Shown here: in pieces, positions 50,330-62,848 of the stretch | Layout of the letters: the number at the start of each line of letters is the position of its first letter | Position numbering within the stretch: the stretch's first letter is position 1 | Assembly (NCBI GenBank): GCA_030390025.1 | Contig: CM059449.1 | Span: forward strand, 14,942,001-15,006,000 | DNA length: 64,000 nt | Source: Squalus acanthias | Lineage: Eukaryota | Direction of reading: 5' to 3' | The notes under the pieces: model-generated | The model's input: the letters and a program-made list of their open reading frames with translations, nothing else | Database searches by the model: none | What the model was told of the DNA's origin: nothing | Made by a program: the position numbers and the translations under genes

Positions 50330-51125
50330 GCTAAAGCAAAATATCCTCCCCTCTATATTCTAGTGCTCTAGATATAAAGGATAACTTTCCATTAGCCTTT
50401 TTGATTTTTTTTTGTACCTGGTTACTACATTTTAGTGATCTGTGTACATGGACCGCTAAACACTTTGGACCTCCGCTGTTCCTAGCTTTTCACCGTTTTG
50501 AAAACATTTGTATCTGTCCTGTATTGAACCAAAATGGATGACCTCACACTTACCTGCGTTGAAATCGAACAGCCACAGCTTTGCCCACTCACTTAATCTA
50601 TCAAAGACTCTTTGTAATTTTATGCTCCCATCTACACTACTTACTACACCACCTATCTTTACATCTTTGGAAAATTGGATATATGGCTCTCTGTTGTGCT
50701 ATCTAAGTCATTAATAAATATAGTGAATAGAAGAGGCCCCCGCGCAGATCCTTGTGGGACAATACTAGTTAATTCCTTGCAATTCGAGTATATACCCATT
50801 ATCCCTACTCTCTGTCTTCCACCGTCTAACCAATCTCGTAACCAGGTCAATAATTTGCCTTCAATTCCATGAGCTATACCTTTAGCCAACAGCTTCTTAT
50901 GCGTAACCTTATCGAATGCTTTCATGAGGTCCATATAAACCACATGCATAGACAATCCCCTGTCGACTACTTTAGTTAATTCCTCAAAAAATTCAATTCG
51001 GTTCGTTAGAGATGACCTACCCTTTACAATTCCATGTTGGCGCTCTCTAATCAACTCAAATTTCTCCCAGTGCTCACTCATGCTGTCCTTATATATAGAT
51101 TCTAATAACTTCCCCACAACAACGT
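50330..51125 (-). mobile_element. Degenerate CR1 RT fragment
   Basis: ORF 50659-51150 'KAFDKV...VPQGS'. Confidence 0.8.
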
Positions 51126-52311
51126 TGCTTGATTTTCCTGCTGGGGGCATCCAAAAACCAGACTGACAATTCTACCAGTCGGTCTTTATTACAGTGGGAG
51201 GTCAGTGCTGTTTCTGATCTATTAATGGTTTGCAGTCATGTTTTATTCAACACCATGGATTTCCTTGGCATATTCAACAGATTGAATAGGGCCCAAATCA
51301 ATAATATCTTACGATTAATGGGATGCTATCTGTGATAGTAAGACACGGTGTGCAATCTGTGATCAAGATACTATTTTCTAGCAAGAAGATTGATCATATT
51401 ATGTTTTATTAATTAATTGAATCATCATTGAAACTTTTAACAAACTGTTATTTACAGATTTAATGCTTAAACAACTTTGCCAGAGACATCTTTGCAAACA
51501 CCCCGAAACAGATTTGATGGATTAGATAGTTTGCAGGAGTCATGTGAAATAGCACAATCTTTACACTTTCCTCGTGTGGAGCTGTTTATACCGAATTCCT
51601 CATTGCAGTCCCTTCCAAATGCAGGTCCCATATTTTATGTTGTTTTCTTCTTCACTGTTGCATATGGTTAAAGTGTATTTTCATTCTGTTTATGTAAAAG
51701 TAATAAAACAAATTACAAACTTCACCATGGAACGAAATGAAGGAAAATTTGTGAAAAATCAGAAGATCAACGCATCTATTAAAGTTGAATGAAACACAGC
51801 TGGCAAAATTCTTACCAAACATTAGACATGATTACACAAGAGCTTGAAAGTTAATATAAGGGACCGATTCTCCTATGCACTATGCTGAACGAAATTGTAT
51901 TTATACAGAATCGGTTTACTCTTTTGTTACACATAATGCTCCCCAGGTGTTATGTTATAATTCAAACGCTTAAAGCACTTCTATCAAATTTATGTGCCTG
52001 CTACTTAAGGGAGGCACAGGACCTTGAGCGTAAATGGATTAAAACATCTCTCTTAGAGAGATTTCATACCGAATGGTTTTAAGTGTTGATACTTCAATAA
52101 CGACGTACAATTTCTAGGCTTATAACTTAGAAATATAGGTAAGGTTTACATTTTCTCTTTATTAAAGCAAAGGAAAGCATAAAGCCAACGATTAATTCAG
52201 AAATCAGAATCCATCCGGAGCAGCACATGATTTTTTCTGGTCACCCAATCACAGGACAAATATTATTGCCTTTGAGAAAGTTAACAGGGGCAAACAAGAA
52301 ATATGGAGGGT

Positions 52312-52497
52312 GGGATTGAAATTTGACATGGGCAGGGACGGAAAACAGGCGGTTTTGCATGGGTCCCCTGTTATACGCTGCGCCCGATATTCAGCGCCAT
52401 TGACTTCAATGGAATTGATTATCAGTGGTATGGTATAACGGCCAGCATATGCGATTCCACCTGTTTTGCGGCTTCGCCAATGATCAATTTCAACCCC
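52312..52497. mobile_element. Palindromic MITE-like non-autonomous DNA element
   Basis: gggattgaaattt...aatttcaaccc termini and central CCATTGACTTCAATGG; related pieces at ~8190-8365 and ~13240-13330. Confidence 0.55.
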
Positions 52498-52509
52498 CCC
52501 CCCCCGCCA

Positions 52510-54755
52510 AGGTGACCGAGTTCAGAGTTGAGACAGAAAAAGGAGGCTTATGACAAACGTAAGGTTCATAATACAGTCGAGAAGCAAGATGGATACAAGT
52601 AGTACAGAGGAAATCTATAAAAGGGAATAAGAGGGGCAAATAAAGAGTATGAGAATAGATGAGCGGCGAACATAAAGGGAACCCAAAAGTCTTTTATAAA
52701 CATATAAATAGTAAAAGGGTAGTCAACGGAAGGATGGGGCCGATTAGGGACCAAAAATGTAATATTCGCCATCAATATACGAAAGGCACCAAGAAATCCA
52801 ATAGGGAATTCAGAAGAAGCTTCTTTACCCAGAGAATGGTGAGAATGTGGAACTCGCTACCACAGGGAGTGGTTGAAGCGAATAGTATAGATGCATTTAA
52901 GGGGAGGCTGGACAAACATGAGGGAGAGGCGAATAGAGGGTTATGCTGATAGATTTAGATGAGGAAAGATGGGAGGAGGCTCGAGTGGATCATAAACACC
53001 GGCATGGACTGCTTGGGCCGAAAGCCCTGTTTCTGTGCCATATATCCTATGTAATCCTATGTAATTCTTGCTCCGACAGAGGCATGGCTCAGGTACTAAA
53101 TGAGTACTTTGCATCTGTCTTCACTAGAGAAGAGGATGCTGCCAATGTAACTGTAACGGAGGAGGTAGTGGCGATATATTTAGGATACAAATATTTTATG
53201 AGGAGTTAGGCAGTCCTCAAAATAGAAAGCTTACCCTGTCCAGATGGGATGCATCTTAGGTTACAGAGGAAAGTATGGGCGGAATTTACAGAGGCTTTGG
53301 CCACAATCTTCCAATCCTCCTTAGAAATGGGGGTGGTGCCAGAGGACTGGAGGATTGCAAATGTTACACCCTTGTTTAAAAAATGGTAGAGGAATAAATC
53401 CGGCAACTACTGGCCAGTCAGCCGAATGTCGGCTGCGGGGAAACTTTGAGAGACAATAATCCGGGACAAAATTTACTGGCATTTGGAAAAGTGTGGGCTC
53501 ATAAATGAAAGTCAGCACGGTATTGTTGAAGAAAAATCGTGCTTTGCTAACTGGATTGCAATCTTTGATGAAGTAATGGAGAGGGTTGATGAGGGTAGTG
53601 TGGTTGATGTTGTGTATATGGACTTCCAAAGTCGTTTGACAAAGTCTCACATAATAGACTTGTAAGCAAAATTAAAGACCATGGGATTAAAGGGACAGTG
53701 GCAATGAAATTGGCTAAGGGACAGCAAGCAGAGGGTAGTGGTGAACGGTGGTTTTTCAGACTGGAGGGAGGTATACAGTGGTGCTCCCCAGCGGTCAGTA
53801 TTGGGAACCCTGCTTTTGATATATTTTCATGACCTGAACTTGGGTATACAGGGCATCATTTCAAAGGTTGCAGATGACACAAAACTCGGAAATGAAGTAA
53901 AGAATGAGCAGGAAACTTCAGGAGGACATAGACAGAGTGGTGAAATGGGCGGACACAAGGCAGATGAAATTTAACGCAGAGAAGCGTGAAGTGATACATT
54001 TTGGTAGGAAGGACGAGGAGAGGCAATATAAACTAAATGATAACATTTTAAAGGGAGTGCAGGAACAGAAAGACCTGGGGTTGTATGTACATAAATCTTT
54101 GAAGGTGGCGGAACAAGTTGAGAAGGGTGTTAACAAGTCTTATGGAATCGTTGGCTTTATTAAAAGAGGCAAAGATTACAAAAGCAAGGAAGTTATGCTG
54201 AACCTTTATAAAACACTGGTTATGGCTCAGCTAGAGTGTTGTGTTCAATTCTGGGCACCACACTTTAAGAAGGATGTCAAGACCTGAGAGAGGGTGCAGA
54301 AGAGATTTACTAGAATGGTACCATTGAGTGACTTCAGTTATGTGGACAGACTGGAGAAGCTGGGCTTGTTCTCTTTAGAGCAGAGAATGTCAAGAGAAGA
54401 TTTGATAAAGGTGTTTAAGATCATGAAGGGTTTTGATAGAGTAAATAAGGATAAATTGTTTCCAGTGGCAGAAGGGTCGTTAACCAGAGGACACATATTT
54501 TAGTTGATTGGCAAAAGAACCAGAGGTGACATGAGGAAACCTTTTTTCACCGCAAGTTGTTGTGCTCTGGAATGCACTGTCTGAAAGGCAGTAACCTTCA
54601 AAAGAGAATTGGATAAACACTTGAAGGGGAAAAATACAGGACTATGGGGAACGAGCGGGGCAGTGGGACTAATTGGATAGCTCTATCAAAGAGCCGGCAC
54701 AGGTACAATGGGTCGAATGGCCTTCTGTGCTGTGTCATTCTATGATTCGGTGATT
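52510..54755 (+). mobile_element. Degenerate CR1 ORF2 with a nested CR1 tail (~52785-53065)
   Basis: ORFs 53483-54503 are RT pieces. Confidence 0.85.
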
Positions 54756-54851
54756 TCTTTTTTTAAGGATAAACGCTCCCCCATGCCTCAAAGGCGTGAG
54801 TCCATTGAGTAGAGGAGCTGCACAGAACAAGCAAGCAACACTTTAGTTGAC

Positions 54852-55110
54852 ATAAAAACAGAAAACTGCTGGAAATACTCAGCAGGTCAGCCAGCATCTG
54901 TGGAGAGAGAAACAGAGTTAACGTTTCAGGTCGATGACCCTTCGTCAGAAATGGAAAAAGCTGCTGGAGATCGAGCAGGTTTTTAAATAAGTGCAGGGGC
55001 AGGGAAAGGGGGGAGGGGAAGAAAGAACAAAAGGGAAGGTCTGTGAGAGGATGGAAGGCAGGAGAGATTAAGAGAGATTAAGAGATGGTGCAAGGCAAAA
55101 GGAGAGTAGT
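54852..55110 (-). mobile_element. Penelope tail with hammerhead motif (54916-54952)
   Basis: Minus strand CTGACGA-A-GGGTC-ATC-GACCT-GAAACGTT-AACT. Confidence 0.75.
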
Positions 55111-56117
55111 AGAGTTCGGCAAGTGTTGGGGAGAGGTGGTTCAGCGCCACTGGGTTAGGGATGGAGCTTTAGCTAGATTTCGCGTACACATTGGATCTTC
55201 ATCGACCATGTAATAGAAATGGCATGCGGGTGCTGATTACAGGATCGGCTTGTTAAATTCACGGTCGATGTTCACATATGTACAATGGCCACTTGGCCGA
55301 GTTACTGGAGGTCGGCCATCACTCATTGAGCGGTATGCAAATCAGAAGAGTCTTCAGGAAAAGGGAAACAGTTCAGGAACAAACTGAATAATATGTTATC
55401 AAGGAAAGTTATAGAGTTTGGCCATGTTTTTCTTAGGAGGAGAGGAGATTTCAAGAGAATGGCGCTCATGTTTGCGAGATTATGAAGCGGATTGGCCATG
55501 CTCGTCCCTTTGCTAGAGGTGGTCTCACACCTGGTTGCCTCAGTACAATTGTATTCTGACTGACAGCTTGGTCCCCAAGCTCCACTGCTGCTGTCACATC
55601 CAAGGGTACCGCGAACTGTTTTGCTTAGGTGAGACTGCCGTACTGTAAGACCACTGTTAAATGCGCTTCCAGAGAGATAGTGGATTAAGCGATTGGATGA
55701 GAAGGCTTTTAGCTGGCTTGGTCCTCAGTTCTGTAATTCCCTCCCTAAGCCTCTCTACCTCGCTATTTCTCCTTTAAGACGCTCCTTAAAGCCTACCTCT
55801 GTCTTAATATGTGGCTTGGTGTCAAATTTTGATGGATAATCGCTCCTGTGAAGCGGTTTGGGACGTTTTACTATATTAAAGGCGCTATATAAATGCAAGT
55901 AGTTGTTGTTAGGTTGGATTTGTCTCACAATAGGGGACAGTGGCTCGGTTTGCCTAATGGACTTCCCTTTTTCCAAAAATGTATAAGCTTTTATAGTGAG
56001 TTCAAAAGTAGCGTTTATCACTCTGAGGAACTTTTCGTTTTTACCTGACATGGGGGTTTGTGCAGAAACAATAAATACATTCTATGTCTGAATTTCAGTA
56101 ACTGTTAGTTTACATAC

Positions 56118-59100
56118 CACACCGTTAAAATCTACGGAGCCAACCATATCTATAATATCTGAAAACAAAGAGAACATTTGGAAGTGAACAATTGGCTGTG
56201 GGGCGTGGTTACATGCCGGTTCTAGGAAGCAACCTTTCAGGAAATCGAAAATATGGCTCGGGACGAAGAGTAAAATTATCGCACAAAATTTAATGGCAGC
56301 ATGAAAACATTCACTGTGCATAATGTTTATAGCCACACGCATGTAGACTGGTTACACAGCAAATCCGACCGTTAATATAGCGAACAGGAAAAGTACCTTA
56401 TTTTTTCATTCGAAAGGAGACATAAGAACCTGAGAAGATAAGAAATAGGAGCAGGAGTCGGCCATTTGGCCCTTCGAGCCTGCTCCGCCATTCAATAAGA
56501 TCATGGCTGATCTTCTACCGCATCTCCACTTTCCTGCACTATCCCCATATCCCTTGATTCCCTTAATATTCAAAAATCTATCGATCTCTGCCTTGAATAT
56601 ACTCAACGACTGAGCCTCCACAGCCCTCTGGGGTAGAGAATTCCAAAGATTCACCACCCTCTGAGTGAAGAAATTTCTCCTCAACTCAGTATTAAATGGC
56701 TGACCCCTTATTCTGAGACTGTGACCACTGGTTCTAGACTCCCCAGCCAGGGGAAACATCCTCCCTGCATCTACCCTGTCAAGCCCCGTAAGAATTTGTA
56801 TGTTTCGATGAGATCACCTCTCATTCTTCTCAACTCTAGAAAATATAGGCCTAGTCTACTCAATCTGTCCTCATAGGGCAATCCCCCCATCCCAGGGACC
56901 AGTCTGGTGAACCTTCGTTGCACTCCCTCTATGGCGAGTATATCCTTGAGTATTGCGTGCAGTTTTGGTCGCCTTATCTGAGGAAGGATGTTCTTGCCGT
57001 GGAGGGAGTGCAGCGAGGATTCACCAGACTGATACCTGGGATGGCAGGAATGACATATGAAGAGAGATTGGGACGATTGGGCTTGTATTCTCGAGAGTTT
57101 AGAAGAATGAGAGGGGATCTCATTGAAACTTATAAAATTCTAAAAGGGCTAGACAGACTAGATGCAGGAAGGATGTTCCCGATGGCGGGGGAGTCCAGAA
57201 CCAGGGGTCAGAGTCTAAGGATAAGGGGTAATCCATTTTGGACTGAGATGAGGAGGAATTTCTTCACCCAGAGAGTGGTGAACCTCTGGAATTCTCTACC
57301 ACAGAAGGCAGTTGAGGCCAATTCATTAAATATATTCAAGAAGGAGTTAGATATATTTCTTAAGGCTAAAGGGATCAAGGGATATGGGGAGAAAGCAGGG
57401 ACAGGGTACTGAATTTGGATGATCAGCCATGATCGCATTGAATGGCGGAGCAGGCTCGAGGGGCCGAATGGCCTACTCCTGCTCCTATCTTCTATGTTTC
57501 TATGTCTATGTTTCTATCCTTCCTTAGGTAAGGAGACCAAAACTGTACATAATACTCCAGGTGTGGTCTCACCAGGGCCCAATATAATTGCTGTAAGACG
57601 TCTTTACTCTTGTACTCAAATCCTCTTGTAATAAAGGCCAACCTACCATTTGCTTTCCCAATTGCTTGCTGGACCTGCTAGTTAACTTTCAGTGATTCTC
57701 ATACCAGAGACGGTACAAGAATAGAAGTACACTCTAATATATGCGAGTTTTTTTCACATTAATTATAGCCATAGGGTTATTGTTACTTATATTAAGGGAA
57801 TGGCCTTTATCGCGGTTTAATGCTAGCCGGAGTAATGAATGTCGCATAAATGAAAGGCTAATATAGACAATAGTAGCTTGTAAGTAAGACACTGTAACAA
57901 TCCTTACCATGCGGGGGGATGTCGGCATAGACCTCTTCATCACTGAACCACAAAGGGAGGAAGAAGCAAATCGTTACATGTTTAAAACACGCGGTACGTG
58001 TCACATGAAAATAAAGGCAGCAAAATGTCACAGTGATATCTACGCACCATTGCAAAGGTGGATCGAATTCTGTGGAAAGACAAAGAACAAACAAAGAATA
58101 TCTGTTATATCTGAGAACGTATTTAGCACAACTGCATTCTTAACTACGTCTCGGTTTTTATCATTTGTCAATAATAATTAATAAATGTTTATCTACGGGC
58201 AGTGGGAGTGGGAAGGGTGCACTGCAGTCGGCTCCCATTTCATGGTGCGAGCCAGTCTCATTGCAACGCTAACTGCCGGGTGAGGGTGCCCTTTATCCCT
58301 GTCTAGAAGGGCAATGTGTAAAGATAGTTTAGGACATCCAGCATCTAGCGGGCGTGGTTGAACTGAATATAATGAAGCATTAAACGGATGATGTGTAGCT
58401 GCCCCAACAAATCAAAAGCGCTGTCATACTGATCCAATAAAAGGTATTCTTTAGAGATTTTGGCTAAAGTATAGCGTTAGTACGGTGCTGTACCTGAATG
58501 GCACTCCAGCAGTGCTCGCTGCTGATACCGTGGGTAATTTTAACCTAAGGCCGGGCGGGATCGGGCGGAAGTCCGGTTTTACATATTACCCTCCACTGAC
58601 TTCACTGGAGAGTAAAATCGAGCTGTGTGTAATGCTGGCGTTGCACCCGGTCTCTTAAATTTCCCGACGTCCGTGTTCGGTTAAAATTGCCCCGTGTCCA
58701 ACAACACAAGGTGAAGAATATTACATCTCCAACAAGCGAGAATCTAACCACCGCCCCTTGACGTTCAATGGCATTACCAGCGCCGAATCCCCCACCATCA
58801 ACATCCTGGGGGTTCAGCATTGACAAGAAACTTAACTGGACCAGCTATATAAATACTGTGGCTACAAGAGCAGGTCAGAGGTTGGGTATTCTGTGACGAG
58901 TATCTCATCGCCTGACTCCCCAAAGCCTTTCCACTATCTGTAAGGCACAAGTCAGGAGTGTGATGGAATACTCTCCACTTGCCTGGATGAGTGCAGCCCC
59001 AGCAACACTCAAGAAGCTCGACACCATCCAAGACAAATTAGCCTGCTTGATTGGCACCCCATCCCCATCTTAAACATTCACTCCCTCCACCACTGGCGTA

Positions 59101-62100
59101 CCGTGGCTGCAGTGTGCACCATCTACAAGATGCACTGCAGCAACTCGCCAAGGATTCTTCGGCAACACTTCCCAAACCCGTGACCTTTTCCACCTAGAAG
59201 GACAAGGGCAACAGGCGCATGGGAACACCATCACCTGCAAGTTCCCCTCCAAGTCACACACCATCCTGACTTGGAAATATAACGCCGTTCCTTCATCGTC
59301 CCTGGGTCAAAATCCAGGAACTCCCTTCCTAAAGCACTGTGGGAGTAACATTCATCACACGGACTGCAGCGGTTCAAGAAGGCGGCTCGCCACCACCTTC
59401 TCAAGGGCAATTAGGGATGGGCAATAAATGCTGGTTTTGCCATGTACGCCCACATCCCAAGAACAAATATTTTAAAATATTAGCAAACAGCAAGCTACTG
59501 AGTTTGTTCCTTGGCAATTCGCACAAGTATAATACCGAAGCCTCGTTGAATCTTGTTAAATGATTCTTTAATCGGTGGTGCTCACCATCCACGTTAGATT
59601 CATCATAGATCGGCTCATTCCTTCGGGAGAACAAACAAAGAAGAGAAAATGAGTGTTACTGCAGAGTTACAGAGCAATTAGAATAAAAGATGCAGGAAAC
59701 GTTAACTCTGAGATTTACCGACCTTCCAAGTGGTGGAGGAACATCTGCAAAAGTAAAAGTTCACCATGAAAGCTTTGTAACGTTAATGCAATCCGTCTGA
59801 AAACAGTTCGACTACAAGAAACTGTTTCCACTGGCGGGAGGGTCGGTAACCAGAGGACACAGATTTAAGATCATTGGCAAAAGTGCGAGAGGGGAGTTAA
59901 GGAGAATTTTTTATGCAGTGAGTTGTTATGGTACGGAAAGCACGACCTGAAAAGATGGTGGAAGCAGATCCCCCGCCCCCCAGATGTTTTCTCCCGATCC
60001 CCCCTTTCCCCCAGGCTCCCGCCCGATGTTCTCTCCCTTCTCCTCTGATGCTCCGGTTCCGATATTCTCTCCCTGTCCCCCCGTCCGCAACCCCCACCCA
60101 AGGCTCCTGCCCCGATCTTCTCTCCCTCACCTCCTCGATGCTCCGGCCCCGATGCTTCCCTCCCTCCCTCCTGCCCAATCCTCCTCCGGCCCCCGACAAC
60201 CCAACCTCACCTCCGGCCCGCACCTGATCCCTCCCCACCTCACAGCTCCCAGCCAGCCTCTCCACCCTGCACCCAACCAGGCTCCCGATTAAAAATCCGG
60301 CCATGGTAGCACCCAATCACCAGCCCGAGTCAGACCAGTTAGTTCGGCATATCTCACGGATCCAACCATGGGATCTCTCTGGCACTGGTGACTCAGGAGT
60401 ACACCAGGCAGTGCATCTAGGCTCTGAAGCAACCGGTCCATTGAGGAGCAGGTTAACTGCTCTGCAGGTGCGCCACTCACCAGCTGGATTAATTTCATCA
60501 TAGGCGGAACCAGCGATGTCCATCCAGGGTCTGGGAAAGAGAAAAACAAACAATCACATAGCTGAAACAAAAATCCAGCTGATTAAAAAAATGCTTCACC
60601 CTCATAACCACCAACCAACCTTTGTGCTTGCGGAGCTAACTCTGTGGGAATAAAAGTCGAAAATTAAGGTCTATCCTTTGATGCAAACAAGACATTTGAT
60701 ACAGTGAAATGAGATTAAAATTATATGTGCCTCTTATGTCCATCCAGCAATAATAATCAGCGAAACTACTGAAGTCCTTTACCAACAATAATTGCTAATT
60801 TGAACTTTTTTTTTAAAGGACTATTTAAAAAATCGACCAGTTATATACATATAACTAATACTTACCATTAGAAAGAATGTTACTGCAAGGCGCAATATTG
60901 CTTTGGGATCAAAACGGAAAAGGGAAAAAGATGTCAGTGGATTGAATATCTAAATGCACATCAATTAAATAGAGATATAAAGAGAAGAGTGATCTGCACT
61001 TCAATATTCACTGACCGTTGTAACCGTGCAGGTTCGAGACCTGCGGGAATAAAAGGTGATGGAGAAAGTGTTACAACTTTACTACGGGCGGACGGTAGCA
61101 TCGTGGTTATAAGAACATAAGAAATAGGAGCAGGAGTAGGCCATTCGGCCCTTCAAGCCTGCTCCGCCATTCAGTAAGATCATGGCTGATCTTCTCCCTC
61201 ATCTCCATCTCCCAGCACTATCCACATATCCCTTGATTCCCTTAGAATCCAAAAATCTATCGATCTCTGTCTTGAATATACTCAATGACTGAGCCTCCAC
61301 AGCCCTCTGGGGTAGAGAATTCCAAGATTCACCACCCTCTGAGTGAAGAAATTTCTCCTCACCGCAGGCCTAAATGGCTGACCCCTTATTCTGAGACTGT
61401 AACCCTTAGCTCTAGACTCGCCAGCCAGGGGGAAACATCCCTCAGCATCGACCCTGTTATGTTACTAGACTAGTAATCCAGAGGCCTGGGCTAATGATCC
61501 GAATACATGGGCTCAAATCCCAGCACTGGCAGCTGGGGAATTTAAATTCAAATAATTAAATAAATCTGGAATAAAAAGCTATTATCAGTAATGGTGACCA
61601 TGAAACTACCGGATTGTCATAAAAATCCATCTGGTTCACTAATGTCTGGCCTATATGAGCCATAGCAATGTGGTTGACTCTGAAATGGCCTAGCAAGCCA
61701 CCACCAAGGTGGCTCACCACCACCTCCTCGAGGGCAATTAGGGATGGGCAATGAATGAATAAAAAATAAATAAACTTTCCTTATTTGAAAGAACAGCATC
61801 CCCAACCACAATCCGGTCAAGATCAGCTGACGGTTTCAACTGAACGAGACCAGTATCGTTTATGTAATAAACCGACTCAATCCCTAACCATCTGAAAATG
61901 TCTGGTATTAAATATAATCATTTAATATCATTTTCTGTGCCTGAACTACAAGCAGCCCACGAATGTAAAAATAAGAGCCTAAAAATTGCCATTAATAACT
62001 TTTACTGAGGGACACCTGCCGCATTATGGAATGTGGAATAGTTCGGATTATACTTTAACAATGTAAATTGAACAATTTGTTCATCCATTAGTAATGCGGA

Positions 62101-62848
62101 AAGATAAATATCACACTAACCCACCAAAGGTACATTTCCCACTGGCATTTCATAGCCTATTCAAGCAAAACGTGTTCAGAGTGGTAAAACCGAGCGATTT
62201 GAACGAGTCACTTACGATCTAAAGGGATGCCTTCATAAAATCGATTATTCATTCTAAATCTCAAAGAAAAAAGGCGCATTATCGAACAGTACACACATGT
62301 TATATACGTCAATTTTGGAAAAAAGTTTTTTGTGGGTAGGGGGGGTGGAGATTTACCAACCTCTGAAATTGTAGGCGGCGAACTGTAGGAATCAAAAGTA
62401 ACAATAAAAGTAACAATTTGAATATAAACATCACTAAAAAGAACCAAGATTATCTGGCCATTATCACATTGTTGTTTGTGGGATCTTGCAGTGCGCAAAT
62501 TGGCTACCGCGTTTCCTGCATCACAACAGTGACTACACTTCAAAAAAGCACTTCATTGACTGTAAAGCGTTCTGAGGGCGTGAAAGGCGCTGTGTGAATG
62601 CAAGACTTTCTTTACAACAACATCAAAGGCGAACCAAATGTCACTGGCGTTTGAATGCATGCATCTACTTTATGGTTATATTCGGAAGCGCAATATTGCT
62701 CTTTCAAATAGTTACCTTTTGTCAGACCATAACCTGCGGAGAACAGGAGGAAAGCGACTAAAACTCCGGCAGCGGTGTACAACAAGCTGTTGCTTAGCGA
62801 CGATTCGCTGGTTGGCTCTGTGGTCGGTTGTACTGGGAGCCGGCCGAG
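56118..62848 (-). CDS. Gene 3 (partial): type I membrane receptor, uncharged TM and multi-tyrosine tail encoded by micro-exon pairs; probable NCR3-family paralog
   Basis: TM 62848(or 62832)-62716 (...SLLYTAAGVLVAFLLFSAGYGLTK), then 62382-62361, 62253-62216, 61040-61016, 60900-60866, 60641-60620, 60530-60481, 59744-59723, 59620-59586, 58069-58048, 57942-57908 and probably 56158-56118. All are GT-AG and splice into one open frame. Ectodomain lies outside the window; 3' end unresolved. Confidence 0.8.
56421..57700 (-). mobile_element. CR1 3' fragment with an opposite-strand CR1 nested at 56946-57515
   Basis: ORFs 56406-56759 (-) and 56918-57412 (+). Confidence 0.87.
58532..58692. mobile_element. 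PIF/Harbinger-like MITE
   Basis: 14-bp TIRs GGGTAATTTTAACC / GGTTAAAATTGCCC (1 mismatch); CGT on both flanks (3-bp TSD candidate). Confidence 0.6.
58722..59478 (+). mobile_element. Crack/L2-group LINE 3' fragment
   Basis: Same family as 39790-40595. Confidence 0.85.
59970..60300. repeat. C-rich low-complexity tract with ccgat-containing imperfect repeats
   Basis: Directly visible; lies in a gene 3 intron. Confidence 0.6.
61085..61772 (+). mobile_element. tRNA-headed SINE split by a CR1 tail (61110-61455, -)
   Basis: SINE reads gtggttat|gttatgttactagac with GTTAT duplicated at the junction. Confidence 0.75.

Noticed and set aside
57908-62253. ITAM in the gene 3 tail
   Set aside because: The tyrosines are 19 or more residues apart, too far for YxxL/I-x6-8-YxxL/I.
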